From assembly GCA_013265495.1 (NCBI GenBank), contig MU057503.1:248001-312000 (forward strand): a stretch of DNA of 64,000 nucleotides, written 5' to 3'. Within the stretch, counting starts at the first letter, position 1. Every line of letters begins with the position of its first letter. Of the stretch, positions 41,345 to 54,413 are shown piece by piece. The notes below the pieces were generated by a model that was not told the origin of the DNA, ran no database searches, and worked only from the letters and a program-made list of their open reading frames with translations. The position numbers and the translations under genes were made by a program. Origin of the DNA: Vicugna vicugna. Taxonomy: Eukaryota.

Positions 41345-44300
41345 ACACATCATACCGATGTCATTTCCTGATTTTGATACTGTACTATAATTGTATAAGA
41401 TGTAACCATTGAGATACACAGCATGAAAGATACATAATGCCTCTCTGCATTATCTTTGCAGCTTTCTAAGCTTCTATAATTATTCCAAAATAAAACATTC
41501 TTAAAAATTAAAGATTTAATCATAGGATGGGCTCAGTGAATCTCAAGAGTGATAAATTATACAATCTAAAGAACAGAGGGGGAAAATGATTCTAAAAAGA
41601 AAAAAACAAGAAAAAGCAGAGCAAAAGCATCAAGGACCTATAGAACAGTATATTAAAAATCTAACATACTTACCAGGGGGTTCTCAGAGAAGATAAAGAG
41701 ATTGGAACCAAAAAAGGTTACTTGAAGAAACAATGCCCCAAACATCCTAAATCTAGTGAGACATAGATTTACAGATACAAGAAGCTTGATGAACACCAAA
41801 TAAGATAATATTTAGACACATTATAGTGAAACTACTAAAGACTGTTTTTTACAAGATTTTAAAAAATTTTAATAGAACTATAGAAAAATGAAACATTACA
41901 TATGAGGAAACAATGACTGGGATTCTCTGAGATTTATTTTCAGAAGCCATGATACCCAAGGACAATGGAAGAATAGCTTTAAGGTGCTAAAAGAATAGGA
42001 CAATCGACACAGGATTCTATTTCCAGCAAAAATATCCATCACAATAAAGATGAAAGAAAGACATTCTGAATTGAAAGAAAATTACGAGAATTCAGCAGCA
42101 GCAGATTGGTTTGAGAAGAATACTTCAAGGAAATGATTCAGGATAAAGAGAAACACCAGAGAGAAACTTAGAGGTTGATAAATGAAGGAAAAGCAACAGA
42201 AATGGTAATGATCTAGGTAAATACACCAGTCTGTTTTTCTCCTGTTAAGTTCTTTAAAATATGCATGACTAATGAGAGCAAGAATGATAGAGGAAGTCTA
42301 CTATGGGTCTCTTTATCTCCTACACATCTTGCTGAGTGTGTAAAGACTGCAAATGCCAATCAAAAGAAAACTGGAGTAACTATATTAATTTCAAAGTGGA
42401 CAAATCTACAGTTATAACTGAAAACGTTATCACCTCTATCTCAGTAACTGATAGAACAAGTAGACAGAAAATCAATAAAGGTATAGACGATGGGAATAGT
42501 GCTACCAACCAACTTGACCTAACTGATATTTATGGAACACTCTACCTAACACCACCCAAATACACATTCTTTGCACGTATACCTGGAACATTTGCCAACA
42601 TAGACCACATTCTGGACCGTAAAACGACCTCAAGGGACATTTTAAAATTTAACTCATACCAAGTGTGTTTTCTAAACATAATAGAATTAAACTAGAAATC
42701 AATCACAAAGAAATCTGGAAAAATGCCTAAATATTTAGACACTTTATAACACGCTTCTAAATCACTTATGGGTCCAAGAGGCAGTCACAGAGGGAATCAG
42801 AAAATATTCTGAATTGAGTAGAATTTAAAAAACAACATGCCAGAATGTGTATGATGCAGCTTAAGTGCTTCAGGGAAATTGAGAACATCAAATGTTTATG
42901 AAAGAAGAGTAGTGTCAAATCACCTAAGCTTCTGCCTTGAAATTGTAAAAAAGAGCAAATTAAACCCAAAGCAAGCAGAATAAAAGAACGGTAAGAGCAG
43001 AGATCAGTAAAATGAGTAACAGAAAAACAACTGAGAAAATAAAATCATAGGGCTAATTCATTAGAAAGCAATGAAAGTGATAAACCTGTAACCATAACGA
43101 CGTAGAAAACTAGACCAAAACAACCAGCATGAAGAGTGAGAAGGGGCATCACCATAGAACACAGGAATATTACAAACAGCTTTATACCCATAAATGTGAC
43201 CTTAGATGAAAAGAACAAATACCTTGCAAGCGAAAAACTGAAAGCATTCACTCGACAAAATGGATAACCTAAACAGTCCTGTAGCTACTAGAACAAGTGA
43301 ATTTGTAGATTAAAGTTTTCCAACAAAGGAAACCTCAGGTCCAAATGACTCCACTGGTGAGTTCTACCAAACACTTAAGGAAGGAGTAATACTAATTATG
43401 CACAAACTTTTCCAGAAAATAAAAGAGAAAAGATTCTAAACTACAAAGAAGCATTACTGCAACAAAAATAGAAAAATGTGTAAGAATACAAGAAAACCAC
43501 AAATATCTTTTATGAACATAGACATACATATCCTCAACAAAATACTGGCAAATTAAATCTAATAGATAAAGATGCATTGTCATACGTCATAACCAAGTGG
43601 TACTTGTTCTGGGAGTGCAAGGCTAGTCCAACATTTGAAAACCAACCAATGCGGCTGGCCATTTTAATCACCTTGAAAAGAAAAATTACATAGCCATCTC
43701 AGTAAATGTGGAAAAGACATTTGATAAAATTGAGCACACATTCGTGAGTTTAAAACCCTCAACACTGATAGTAGAAGGGAATCTACTCAAAATCTACTTT
43801 TGCAAAAGTCATCTACAAAAAATCCATAATCATTATCATGCTTCATGATCCTCCCTAGGATCAGCAAGGCAAATGTTGGTAAAGACGGTCAAATGTGCAC
43901 CATCTGTTGGCCCCCATCTAGTTACAGAAGAACAGGCCTTGGGATCCAAGCAGCAAGGAGCCCACGTAGTCAGTGCCAGACTTGTCACTTTGTATGGGAA
44001 TATCTTCTTTTTCAGACTCAATATGTACTCCTTTGTTCTGCTTAAGCACGTGTGCCGATGGCCCTCAGGCACGCCCAGCCTTCATTATTTCAGACTCCGT
44101 GGTGGAGGAAGAATGGTCCTTCTGCTGCAGCACAAAGGGGGCGCATATAGGCTAACTGCCCTGCATCGGTTGCCTGGTGGGACGCGGTGGCCATGGGGGA
44201 CCGAAGCACACTATTGGAGTTGATCTTTCTCTGTCTCTTCTCTATGTAAATAAAATTATTGTTCCATCTAGTGCTTGACTGTGTTGTATTTTCCTTGGCA

Positions 44301-45260
44301 ACTCCATTACCAAGTAGTGGAATGGAAGTGAGTCAAAGTATTTGGGCTTCTATTCCTGGTATTGTAATGGTCTTGGCTATGCTCCATGTTGTTGGGGTCC
44401 TCTCCTGGCATTGGTAATCAGTGCCCAAGGTTCTGCTTGACAACAAGGATGTCTCCTCTCAATGTGCCTGCGTGTTGGAGGTCTAGCCCATATAATAAAT
44501 CATGGAAGTAAATAAAAGGCACATAGATTGGAAAAGAAGAAATAAAACTGTCTATATTCATAGAGAGCATAATTGTCTACATATAACATCCCAAAGAATA
44601 TGAAAAATAGTACTAGAAATAATTTAGCAAGACTGCAAGATTTGAGTTCAGTATAAAACATCAGCTGTGTATATCTCTATAAAAGCAATAAAAATTGGAA
44701 ATCATTTTTTAAAGCATCATTTGTCAAAGTACCCAAAAAATGAAGTATTCAAGTATAAATCTCACAGGAAAATGTGCCAAATCTACATGATGAAACTAAA
44801 ACACTGGTGATCTGTGACCCAGTTAAAAGAAAGAGTGTATCATATTTATGGACTGAAAGACTCAATATTGTTAAGCTATCAGTTTTATCCAAAGAGATCT
44901 ATAGAATTTACACAATCTCAGTCAAATTCCCAGCAAAAATTTTTATAGAAATTCATAAGATCATTATAAAATTTTTATAGAAAATCAAAAGAAATATTCT
45001 AAGAAACCTTGAAAAAGAAGAAAGTTGAAGGACTCACACAACCTGATTGTAAAACTTACTATAAAACTACAGTTATCAGGCAGTGTAGTATTGGTGAAAG
45101 GTGGGCACACAGATCATTGGAAAAGAATAGAGTCCAGAAATAGACCCACATGTATATGACCAATTCATAAGTTTAGTAGCAATTCAATGGAGAACAGATA
45201 GTCATTTAAACAAACAGTGCTGGAACAAGGGGCCATTCCTATGCAAAATATTGAACCCCG
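41345..45260 (+). mobile_element. Large degraded LINE-1 (ORF1/ORF2 remnants) preceded by a separate L1 3' end
   Basis: ORF 42336..42695 contains endonuclease-like DLTDIYGTLY..YTFF..GTFANIDHIL; ORF 44774..44980 resembles ORF2 (RLNIVKLSVL..IYR); many stops and frameshifts. Confidence 0.85.
43874..44442 (+). mobile_element. ERVL-type solo LTR (MER70-like) inserted in L1 ORF2
   Basis: TG...CA ends, 569 bp, GC richer than flanks, AATAAA at 44249-54; L1 text gatcagcaaggcaa / caaggatgt resumes on either side. Confidence 0.7.
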
Positions 45261-45261
45261 T

Positions 45262-46045
45262 ATAGTTGTTCATACTGGTTTCTTACAATCTTTAGTATTT
45301 CTGTGGTATCAATTGTAATGTCTGTTTCATTTCTGATTTAATTTGAGTAGTTTTTTTCATGGTGAATCTAGGTAAAGTTTGTCAATCTTGTTCATCGTTT
45401 TGGAGGACCAGTTCTCAGTTTCACTGATTTTTTCATTGTCATTTTCGTCTCTATTTCATTTATTTCCACTCTGATCCTTATCTCCTTCCTTCTAACTTTG
45501 GGATTAGTTTGTTCTTTTTTTTTTTTCCTTGAGGTAGAAAGTTAGGCTGTTATTTCAGATCTTTCACTTTTCTTAGTAAAGGTATCTATTGCTATAAACT
45601 TCCCTCTTAGAACTGCTTTTGCTGCATTCCGTAAGTTTTATTATGGTGTGTTTCCATTTTTGTTCGTCTTTAGCTATTTTTTTGACTTCCCCTTTGATTT
45701 CTTCTTTGACTCCTTGGTTGTCCAGGAGCATGTTGCTTAATCTCTTTGTATTTATGAATTGTCTAATTTTCCACTTAAAATTAACTTCTAGTTTCATACC
45801 ATTGTTGTCAGAAAACATACGTGATATGATTTCAGTCTTCTTAAACTGATTAAGACTTGATTTTTTGTGGCCTAAAGTATGATCTATCTAAAAGAATGTT
45901 CCACCTGGACTTGAGAAGAATATTCTGCTGCTGTTGGATGGAATGTTCTATCAATTTTTAGTCCATCTGATCTAAAGCAGAGTTTAAGTCTGTTTCCTTA
46001 CTGATTTTCTGTCTGGATAATCTATTCATTGTTGAAAGTGGAAAG
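45262..46045 (-). mobile_element. LINE-1 ORF2 fragment, opposite orientation
   Basis: ORF 45573..45818 FSDNNGMKLEVN..LSNMLLDNQGVKEEIKGEVKK matches the end of the L1 endonuclease region. Confidence 0.85.
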
Positions 46046-46344
46046 ATTTAATGAATTTTTAGGCTATAATAGAAAACCATTAAGAAATTTCTGCCCTGAG
46101 ACTGTTTGGGGTCTTCTAAACCACTCTTACCCACCTCTCCTATTAGTTCCCCTTTAGTGATGAAGTGTGAGAAGCACTGGGTTGATGAAACTTGTTCTCT
46201 GCTATAGATACGTCATCTCTGATAAAACTATATGCCAGCAGGCAGGTGACTTACATGGAAAGACTGGTACAATATACCCAAAGATATGTTTACTCTTCCT
46301 CTATCTCTGTTCTCCCCACTTCTTCACATCCTTCAGAGAGGCAC

Positions 46345-46560
46345 CATGCTGCTGGTTATACGTGTTAACTGTGGAGCCAAAGTTCCCGGGTACAAATCTC
46401 AGCCCCACCACTTAGGAGCTATTTAGCTTTAGGAAATTTAGCTTAACCTCTTCCTGCCTGAGTCTTCACATCTCTAAAATGGATATATAGTGTTTATTTT
46501 ATAGGATGATTATAAGGGACTATATAAGGATAAACATAGAAAGCTTAGGTCAATGCCTAT
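46345..46560 (+). mobile_element. MIR SINE
   Basis: gggtacaaatctcagccccaccacttaggagct..cttaacctct..catctctaaaatgg. Confidence 0.7.
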
Positions 46561-46815
46561 GTGTGCTAGCTTAATTGGCTTCCTAGTTCCTACGCCTGCA
46601 ATGCACTAAGTGTGATATTCCTGATATAAATCTGTCTCTCAAATAGAGGTGGGAGGAGTCCTTGCAGGAATATGTCTTGTCTCTCCTCCTCTCAGTCTCT
46701 CCCCAACTTTCTCTCTGGCTTCTCAGTCTCTCAGCAAATATTTGCTGGACACCTTCTATGTACCAGGCACTATTTTAGACTGGTGATTATATTTTGAATC
46801 AGAAAAGCACTTTCC

Positions 46816-46905
46816 ACAAATATATGTATGTATATGCATGACTGGGACAATGTGCTGTACAACAGAAATTGACACATTGTAATTGACTACTTCAGTTTAA
46901 AAAAA
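46816..46905 (+). mobile_element. 5'-truncated young LINE-1 3' tail with 13-bp TSD
   Basis: AAAAGCACTTTCC at 46803-15 and 46906-18; poly(A) tail; insert similar to the reverse complement of 52525-52610. Confidence 0.85.
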
Positions 46906-47209
46906 AAAAGCACTTTCCCTGTCTTCTTACAATACAATGAAACAAAACAGTACTTGAGCAATAAGGTGGAGAGAGGGAGAGGAAGGCAGAAACACAAGGT
47001 ATACTGTATCTATTCTGTCTCTGGGTTTCTGTTTCTGTTTCTGGATGACTGTGTTTCTCTCTTCCTCACGTTCTCTCTCTGTCTCTGTCTCTGTGTGTAC
47101 GTCTCTGAAAGAAATTAAACCAAGAACTCTCCGGATCAAAGTACAGGAAGAATGTATTTATTCTGTTGGTACAGTTAACCTGAGATAGTCTGGTTGTTGT
47201 CAGTTCCAG

Positions 47210-47223
47210 CCAGCAGGGGGCAG
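47210..47223 (+). promoter_or_regulatory. CTCF core motif
   Basis: CCAGCAGGGGGCAG matches the CTCF core consensus; binding not testable from sequence. Confidence 0.65.
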
Positions 47224-48239
47224 GAGCGTCCAGCTGTATAAATCAGCACAGTTAGCTCTTTCTAGGACCTACATTAAAGTGCTTTTAATTTGTCGTGTGG
47301 AATCCTTTCGGTTTTTAAGCTGTATAACTGGTGCATAGCAAAAAGAACTATTGGTATTGTCGTGTTAAAACAATATGGCAAACTGGAATGAATTACTACT
47401 GCTATGCCCGTTGGTTTTGTTTTCCCACAAGGATGTAGCCTCTCATTAGATTTCCAAATAACAAAAAATATTCTACCTTTTTACATTCAGCAGATAATCT
47501 CAACTGGGAACAGGGATGAATGGAAAAATTTATACTCTCAAGACATCAGTCCTCACCAGCAATCTTGAGCTTCTTATTTAAGTTCCCTGAGTTTTTGCTT
47601 AAGAAGTTTGCAAAGACCAAGGTGAGGACTCTATTGAACTGCCCTGGGAACCACACCCTTCAGGGACTGTGGACATTTTGGAGATATGTCCAGTTGACAT
47701 TAAAGGGCTAAGCCAAGGTTATGACTGACCGTCCTCTGATCTCTTGGCTTTCTGCACTCAGAGTTGTCACACAAAGGGACTTCCCAAAAGTCAGACTCAC
47801 TTCAACTGTTTTAAAAAGTTGAGTTTCATGAATGTTTCCACGGAGCTTACCTTTTATCCCTTTGTTTGATATTTGTTTTGCAAAAGATACCTTCTGAGTT
47901 TCTGCGGAACATAAAAAGTATCCTCTAGCACGCACGATACTTTCTACAGCCTTTATTGATGCTTTCAAAACATCCCTTACAAAAAACAGATCTGGTACAG
48001 AGAAGAATACTCTTCAATTTCCTTGTTTTTATTGTTTAGTTTCTTCTTAATTCTGAGTAGGTTTTTCATATTTAACAATAATATATATCTGATACAAAAA
48101 TTTTTGGAAAAAATACAAGGTTGAAAGCAAAAATTGTCCAGTGGTCCACCAACCAGTGATAGCCAGCACTAATATTTTGCTATACAGCTCTCTGGTCCAG
48201 CTGTGCCTGGACCAGAGAGAAAAATGGAATCACACCGGG

Positions 48240-48703
48240 TGTGACAGAGACTAAGAGTTGTCTCCCAGGATTTGTTCTCCTTTTCTTCTGAAGTCATAAG
48301 ATCCCAAGCTTTTAGCTCAGTACATCACCTCAACTTGCAACCTGGTGTGGCCATATGAATTAAGTTCTGGCCAACAGGCTATATGTACAAATGCAATTGT
48401 AGAAAGATCTAGCAGATTTCCCTGAAGTGGGGGCATACCCTTCCATCTCCTTCTCTTCCCCCCTCCCCTAGTTAGAATGCAAACATAGTGCTTAGAGCTG
48501 GAGTAGCCAATTTAGACTACAAGAAGCCCATGCTGAAGGTGGCAGAGCAGTAACATGGAAGGAGCCTGTGTCTCTGATTACCTGGAATGACCATCCCAGC
48601 CTGGAATTCTGTTTACATGATGGGAAAATAAACCTCAATCTGTTAAGATCACTTTATTTTGTACTTTTTGTAACTCACAGCCACACGTCATTCAAACTAA
48701 TAT
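48240..48703 (+). mobile_element. MaLR solo LTR, MLT1J/H-like
   Basis: tgtgacagagac..ggtgtggccatatgaattaagttctggccaa..ggcagagcagtaacatggaaggagcctg..aaataaacctc..ctaatat. Confidence 0.8.
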
Positions 48704-49309
48704 GCTGGATCTATATCTAGTTCTAAATTACATTCAGATATCCAGTCTCTTTGTTTCATGTATCACCCTACCACATAGTTTTATCTATTAACATTACAAG
48801 GGGAGCAGTGCCCAAGTAAACAGCTTTGAACATTTGGTTTTTAATGGCTGCATAATATTCTACTGTGTCATAGTTTAACCATTCCTCTACTTCCCACGAT
48901 GTGTTACTGTTATTTCTTATGAGAAAGAGGGAATCTCCTTGTATATAAACCTTTATGCACATTGCTAAGTATTTTAAGGAAAAGTCCTACGATTAGTTTT
49001 TATATTTTCACTGTTATCTACTGTTGGGATGGTTTTGTTCTCTTTAGGGGAAAAAAGCATATAATGCTTCATACTTATAAAAGAATATTTATGCAATGAC
49101 TATGTAAGTTTGAAGATGAGGAAGAAAATAAACCCTTCATCCCATCTCAGAACTCAACCATCATCAATATTTGAAGCCAGCTGTGGGCTCCTCCTTGAGC
49201 TCAACCTCTGCAAACTTCCAAAGAAAAATACTGTGAAGTTTGTGGTTGTCACCCCTCCCTTTTTGTTGTTGTCATTTGTCATATATCAACATATATATAT
49301 ATCACTTGG

Positions 49310-50135
49310 TTTCTGAAGCCAAAAGTCTTGGAATCATCTTCGATTTCTTATTACTCTTACCCCTTACATCCAATCTGTCAGCAAACCCTGTTGGCTCTGC
49401 CTTGAAAAATATACCCACAATTCATCACCACAGCAACGTTCTACTCCAAGCCACCACCTCTCACCTGGATTACCGATGTAACCCCCAACTTGGTTCCCTG
49501 TTTCCATCCATGCCCCACTTCAGTCCATTTTCAATACAGCAGCCAGAGTAATTCTTTTTAAACCTAAGCCAGGTGGTGGGAGACCTCTGCACAACAGCTG
49601 TCTATCTCAGAGGAAAACCCTGCAGCATCCTACGTGGTTGCCCCCACCCTGTCCCTCCACCTTGCTTCTCTGAACCCCCCCCCACTGCTTTTTTTTCACA
49701 GTACTCCAGTCAGATAGGTCCACTCGCTATTCCTTGAACCCACCCAGAACACTCAGAGTTTGGGGGGTTTGTGCATCCTGTTTCTCCTGTCTGGAGTGTT
49801 CTCTCCCCACATCTCTGCATGGCTAACTCTCTCATTTTGAGTCTTCCCTCAAATATCTCTTCTCAGAGAGGCCTTCCCTGGCCACCCTACCTAAGTAATC
49901 TCCCTTACCACTTCCTAGCCCCATCTCTTAATATTTCTCTGTAACATTTTCCACTGTGTAACATAGTATATATTTAATTTACTTAGCTTGTTTGTTCTTT
50001 GTTCCACTACTAGAAGGTAAGCAACATGAGGGCAGGCATTTTTGTCTTTTGTGTCTACTGCTGCCCTGTCTTTGGTGACTAGAACACTGCCTGGAGTAGA
50101 GTAGGTACTCAAAAATTATTTGTTAAATTAAAATT
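49310..50135 (+). mobile_element. L2 3' part
   Basis: ccaccacctctcacctggattac..cagcagccagagtaattctttt..tcagagaggccttccctggcc..gtaggtactcaaaaattatttgttaaat. Confidence 0.8.
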
Positions 50136-51953
50136 AAATTGAGTATGTATATATTCTCATACCACATATTGTTTAGCTTTGTGGTTTCTGAGTTTTATGC
50201 AGATAGTATCCTCTTCTATGTCCACATCTATGATTTGCTGTATTTATTAAATATTATATGTCTGATTAACGCATGTTAGTCTGTATGACTGTAACTAATT
50301 CATTTTCATAAGAGTGTGGTATTTCACAGATAAAACAGATAAAGTTTATTATCAAAAGTACACAAAAAGTTCTGTGAATAAGAATAAGGATCCACAATTA
50401 TTAACTGAAACAGAAAATTTAAGAAGAGATGCTAATTTTGTAAAAAAAAAAACAAAAACGAAAGATGCCTTGAGTTTGTTTTGGTGGGTTTTTTTTTCTT
50501 AAAGATAAAGAGCCAATGGCATATCCAAGTGGAAATGTTCAGCAGGTGGTTGAAAGTGTTCTTGAATCTTATGCTCAAAAAGAAGTCAGAAACCAGAGAG
50601 TTAAGGGTCATCAGCACAACGGAACCCCGCAGCTGATGAAATTTCTTAAGGGAAGAGTGGGAAATGAGAAGAGAAGCTTGAGGATGAGTATCTATTCTGT
50701 TGCAGGAAGAAGAGCAACAGAGAAGGGATAGTCAGAAAATAGGAGAAAATCCAAAGAATTAGGCAAGAGTTTCAAAAAGGAGGAAAAGAGTTTCACAAAA
50801 GGAGGGAGTCATGAATATTATGTAATGCAAGTTCTGCAGAACTAACAGAATATCCAAGGGGGAAGAGTCACCAGAGTGATCAGACGTCAGAAGGTCATCA
50901 TCCATTATGAAGGGGGCAGACCCAGTAGGATGGTGAGTACTGATGACACGTCCCAAGGCATCAGGTGAGGTACTGGTGAGCGGGGGGTTGGTAAAGTAGA
51001 AGGAGGGACGTCATAGCTGGAAGTCTGGAAGAACCAAACCACATTGGTAATGGTGTTGAGGTAGCATGGTGTGTCAAAAACACTCACGTGGCACACTGTA
51101 ACTGACTCTACTTCAAAAAGAAAAAAAAAGGACTCACATGGATGCTAATATGTAAAAATTAGGCATGCATGTAGACAAGAACTATGAAGAAACAAGAACT
51201 ATGAAGATCAAAAATTTCATAAGATGGTGGGAATATGAATGTATTGGTTTGTTTTGTTATTCCTGCTACGGGTGTAATTTTTACCCTTGTAACACTAATT
51301 TTACAAATGTAAAGTCATTAATCTTATAACACAATAATCTATAAAAGAAAAGATTCCTCAAATGTCAGGGATATCACTATAGTCAAGAAAGTCATCTCTC
51401 ATTGCATCCAGAGTAACCAAATCTTGGTCAAGGATCTACACTGTTCTCACTGATCTCAAGAAGAATTCTTGGTTGTTACTCAAGTTTTATTTCAAAGATT
51501 TGAGACATTTACGTCTGGCACACACTGTATGCCATATACAGTTGTTTCACAGTGGCCAGGTGTTTTTGCAGTTGAGGTCTTGAAAATCTGAAGAAAGAAA
51601 TCTCATTCTAGTAGCAGCATTCATCAACTCAGTCACTCCTTCGCTCGCTCACTTACCAATTATTTCTTGAGGGAAGGAAACAGCTATTTGGGAAAAGACA
51701 TATGGTGGCAGGTAGTTGGCGGCCCTCACTTCTGTAAGATTTATCCCAGTTCTCGCTGTGGGAGCATGTTACCTGGTGTGCCCAGTCCCTTATTTTGTTT
51801 TCCTTTGCTTGAATTCTTGTCTTGATAACTTTCTCAGTACCTTTGTTCCTCTATAGAGGACAAGAATCCATATAACTAAAAATGAATGTTTATTGAAGCC
51901 TAGTATATATGTGCCAGTTGCCAGGAGTGTAGCTACGAATAATATGAGGGCCT

Positions 51954-52105
51954 GGGCAGGGGGGAGGGTATAGCTCAGTGGTGAAGTGTGTGCTTAGCAT
52001 GCACAAGGCCTGGGTTCAATTCCCAGTGCCTCTATTAAAATACATACATATGTACATAAGTAATCCGAATCACTTCCCCCTGTTAAAAAAATTTTTTTAA
52101 ATTTA
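51954..52105 (+). mobile_element. tRNA-derived SINE, Vic-1-like
   Basis: ggggagggtatagctcagtggt..tgcttagcatgcacaaggcctgggttcaattcccagtgcctc; degenerate TSD aataatatgagggcct / agtaacgtaagggcct. Confidence 0.9.
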
Positions 52106-52483
52106 AAAGTAACGTAAGGGCCTTTCCACTGAAGAACTTGTAGTATAGCAGCGAGACAGAAAAATAACCTTATAATTAAATGGGATATATGTTATTCCCC
52201 ACAGGGAAATGTGTTGAGTGTTACAACATCCTAAACAAATAATCAATCGGAAAGGAATCAGCAGTAAGGTGTTTAGGAAATAGATGAAGGGAGGATACAG
52301 GCCTCGAGTTTTAGCGGATTTTCATGGGACAACATGTCGTTTCTGAAATACACATGAAGTAGGAGCACAAGTTTTACAGTTGAAAAACCTGAGCTAGAAT
52401 CCTGACTCACCGCTCGACTTTACTCAGTGAATTAATCTCTTTGAGTCTGTTTCCTCATGTGTAAAATACAAATAGTAATTCTT

Positions 52484-52944
52484 TTTTTTTCATGAATAGT
52501 GTCCTTTATTTATTTGAATCTTTTTTCTTTATTGAAGCACAGCCAATTACAATGTGTCAATTTCTGGTGTGCAGCACAATGTTGCAGTCAGGCATATACA
52601 CACATATATTCATTTTCATATTTTTTTCCATTAAAGGTTATTACAAGATATTATACATAGTTCCCTATGCTGTACAGAAGAAATCTTTTTAAAAATCTGT
52701 TTTTATATATCTAGTGGCTAATATTTGTAAATCTCAAACTCCCCAGTTTATCCCCTCCCACCCCCTTTCCCTAGTAACCGTAGGATTGTTTACTAAGTCT
52801 GTGAGTCCGTTTCTGTTTTGAAGTTGAGTTCATAGTGTCCTCTTTTTTAAAAAATTTAGATTCCACATATGAGTGATATCTTACGGTATTCTTCTTTCTC
52901 TTTCTGGCTTACCTCACTTAGAATGATGGTCTGTAGGTCCTGTG
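52484..52944 (-). mobile_element. LINE-1 3' end inserted into a MIR, 10-bp TSD
   Basis: AGTAATTCTT at 52474-83 and 52945-54; poly-T start; L1 3' UTR text tagattccacatatgagtgatatc..tctggcttacctcacttagaatgat; MIR core (gtttcctcatgtgtaaaat) to the left. Confidence 0.88.
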
Positions 52945-53702
52945 AGTAATTCTTAATTCACAGGGTTCTTTTCCAAAAGTTCCATTAGATGAGATAGTAA
53001 ACGCATTTAGTATAGAGCTTCCCACACAGTGGATCTAGAAATGGGAACTGTCTTCTCCCTGCAGACTTAGAGGAGGGCTTACAAGACAAACCTGGTCCGG
53101 ATGCTGCTTTGCATGGACCACCTCTTTCCTGATTTTTCCAGTTAGGAAATACTGAGCTAAACCAACATGATTTCCTCCCTCTCTGTGGGACATGTCTTCG
53201 AATTCTAAAACACACTCTGAGGTGTCTAGTCAAGCAGCTGGACGTCGTCGACGTGTTAAGTGCAGTGAGGTAGGGCTGACCAGGGAGGGTGGGAGTGTGA
53301 AACCACATGTGTCCAGCTGACGAGAGAGCAGTAGGTTGAGAAGTGGGCAGAATCAGCCAGAGGAGAACAGACTAAACTGAGGCCACACGATGAAGTCTAG
53401 ACCAGGAGGCGGCACCTGATATCCAAGAACAGATAAATGAACAACAGATGACATTAATATTCAGGGTGAGTACCTGACTCCAACAAGTTCCAGTCCCAGG
53501 TTTTTCTTCCATGTGGGCAGACAAAGCTGCTAGATTCAGGGACCTAGAAGCAGGCAATATTCTGAGATGCAGGTAGCAGGGCACAACATGAGGCCAGGGC
53601 TCAGGGATTACATCTCTGTCTAAGAAGGGGTTTGGGGATTCATAAGCATAGTCCTAGAGAATTATCTAGTCATGCTCTAACTACTGAGACTGATGCTGGA
53701 TG

Positions 53703-53932
53703 CAGAGTTTCTCAACCTCGGCGCTGTTGACATTTTGGAGTGAGTAACTCTTTGTTAGGGGGGTTGCCCTGTGCGCTAAAAATGTGTAGTTTAGCATCAG
53801 CCCTGGCCTCTGCTAATAGTCCCTCCTCAAGCTGTGAGCATGTGAAACGGCTCCAGACATAGTCAAGTGTCCCAGGGCAGGGTGGGTGGAGAGATGAGAC
53901 GATGGCAAATCGCCCCTAATTGGGAACCGCTG
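53703..53932 (+). mobile_element. hAT-Charlie MER20
   Basis: cagagtttctcaacctcggcgctgttgacattttgg..ctccagacatagtcaagtgtccc..ttgggaaccgctg. Confidence 0.85.
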
Positions 53933-54099
53933 GGCTAGAGTATGCCTGGGGAGAGAGAGCTGCTCCAGCGGTGGAGGCTCCGGTAAGAGGGTCTCAGGGA
54001 TGAGCTGGTCTAGAGGAGGTCACTACTGAGAGTGGCCCAGTAAGACAGCAAAGTGAGCATTCTGCCAGATCTGTCCCTTTTACTTTCTCTTTGTAGCCT

Positions 54100-54413
54100 G
54101 TCCTAGTTTCTCTACCTCCTTCTTTCAGTGTGCGTTTGCCTCCCAAGGTGTCTGATTTCTTTGCCCGCCTCACAGGGAGACCCTAAAGACCTAGGAGAGC
54201 CTTTGGTCGATGGCGGTGGGTGAGGTAGCTCCCTTGTTTAGAGGGTTCCCTGATGTTCCCTGCCCTCCTTGGGGGCTTTGCCTGATTGGCCTCTCCCATT
54301 CCCCTGCTTCCCCCACTATCTACTGGTTTCATCCTGCTGACACGTCCTTAATAAAGTACTTGCACACAGATCTCTCCTTTAGGGTCTGCTTCTAGGAAAC
54401 CCAGCCTAATACA
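54100..54413 (+). mobile_element. ERVL LTR 3' part (LTR16/LTR33-like)
   Basis: aataaagtacttgcacacagatc..agggtctgcttctaggaaacccagcctaataca; start uncertain. Confidence 0.6.

Noticed and set aside
43836..44223. Four overlapping ORFs suggesting a retrogene
   Set aside because: They fall inside the GC-richer solo LTR and have no recognisable protein similarity.
42336..45818. Active LINE-1 or domesticated ORF2
   Set aside because: Only short fragments separated by many stops, frameshifts and insertions.
51954..52035. tRNA gene (A and B boxes, tRNA-like 5' end); likewise 2325, 18952, 27201
   Set aside because: Copies are mutually diverged with A-rich tails and, in several cases, TSDs; they are SINEs, not tRNA genes.
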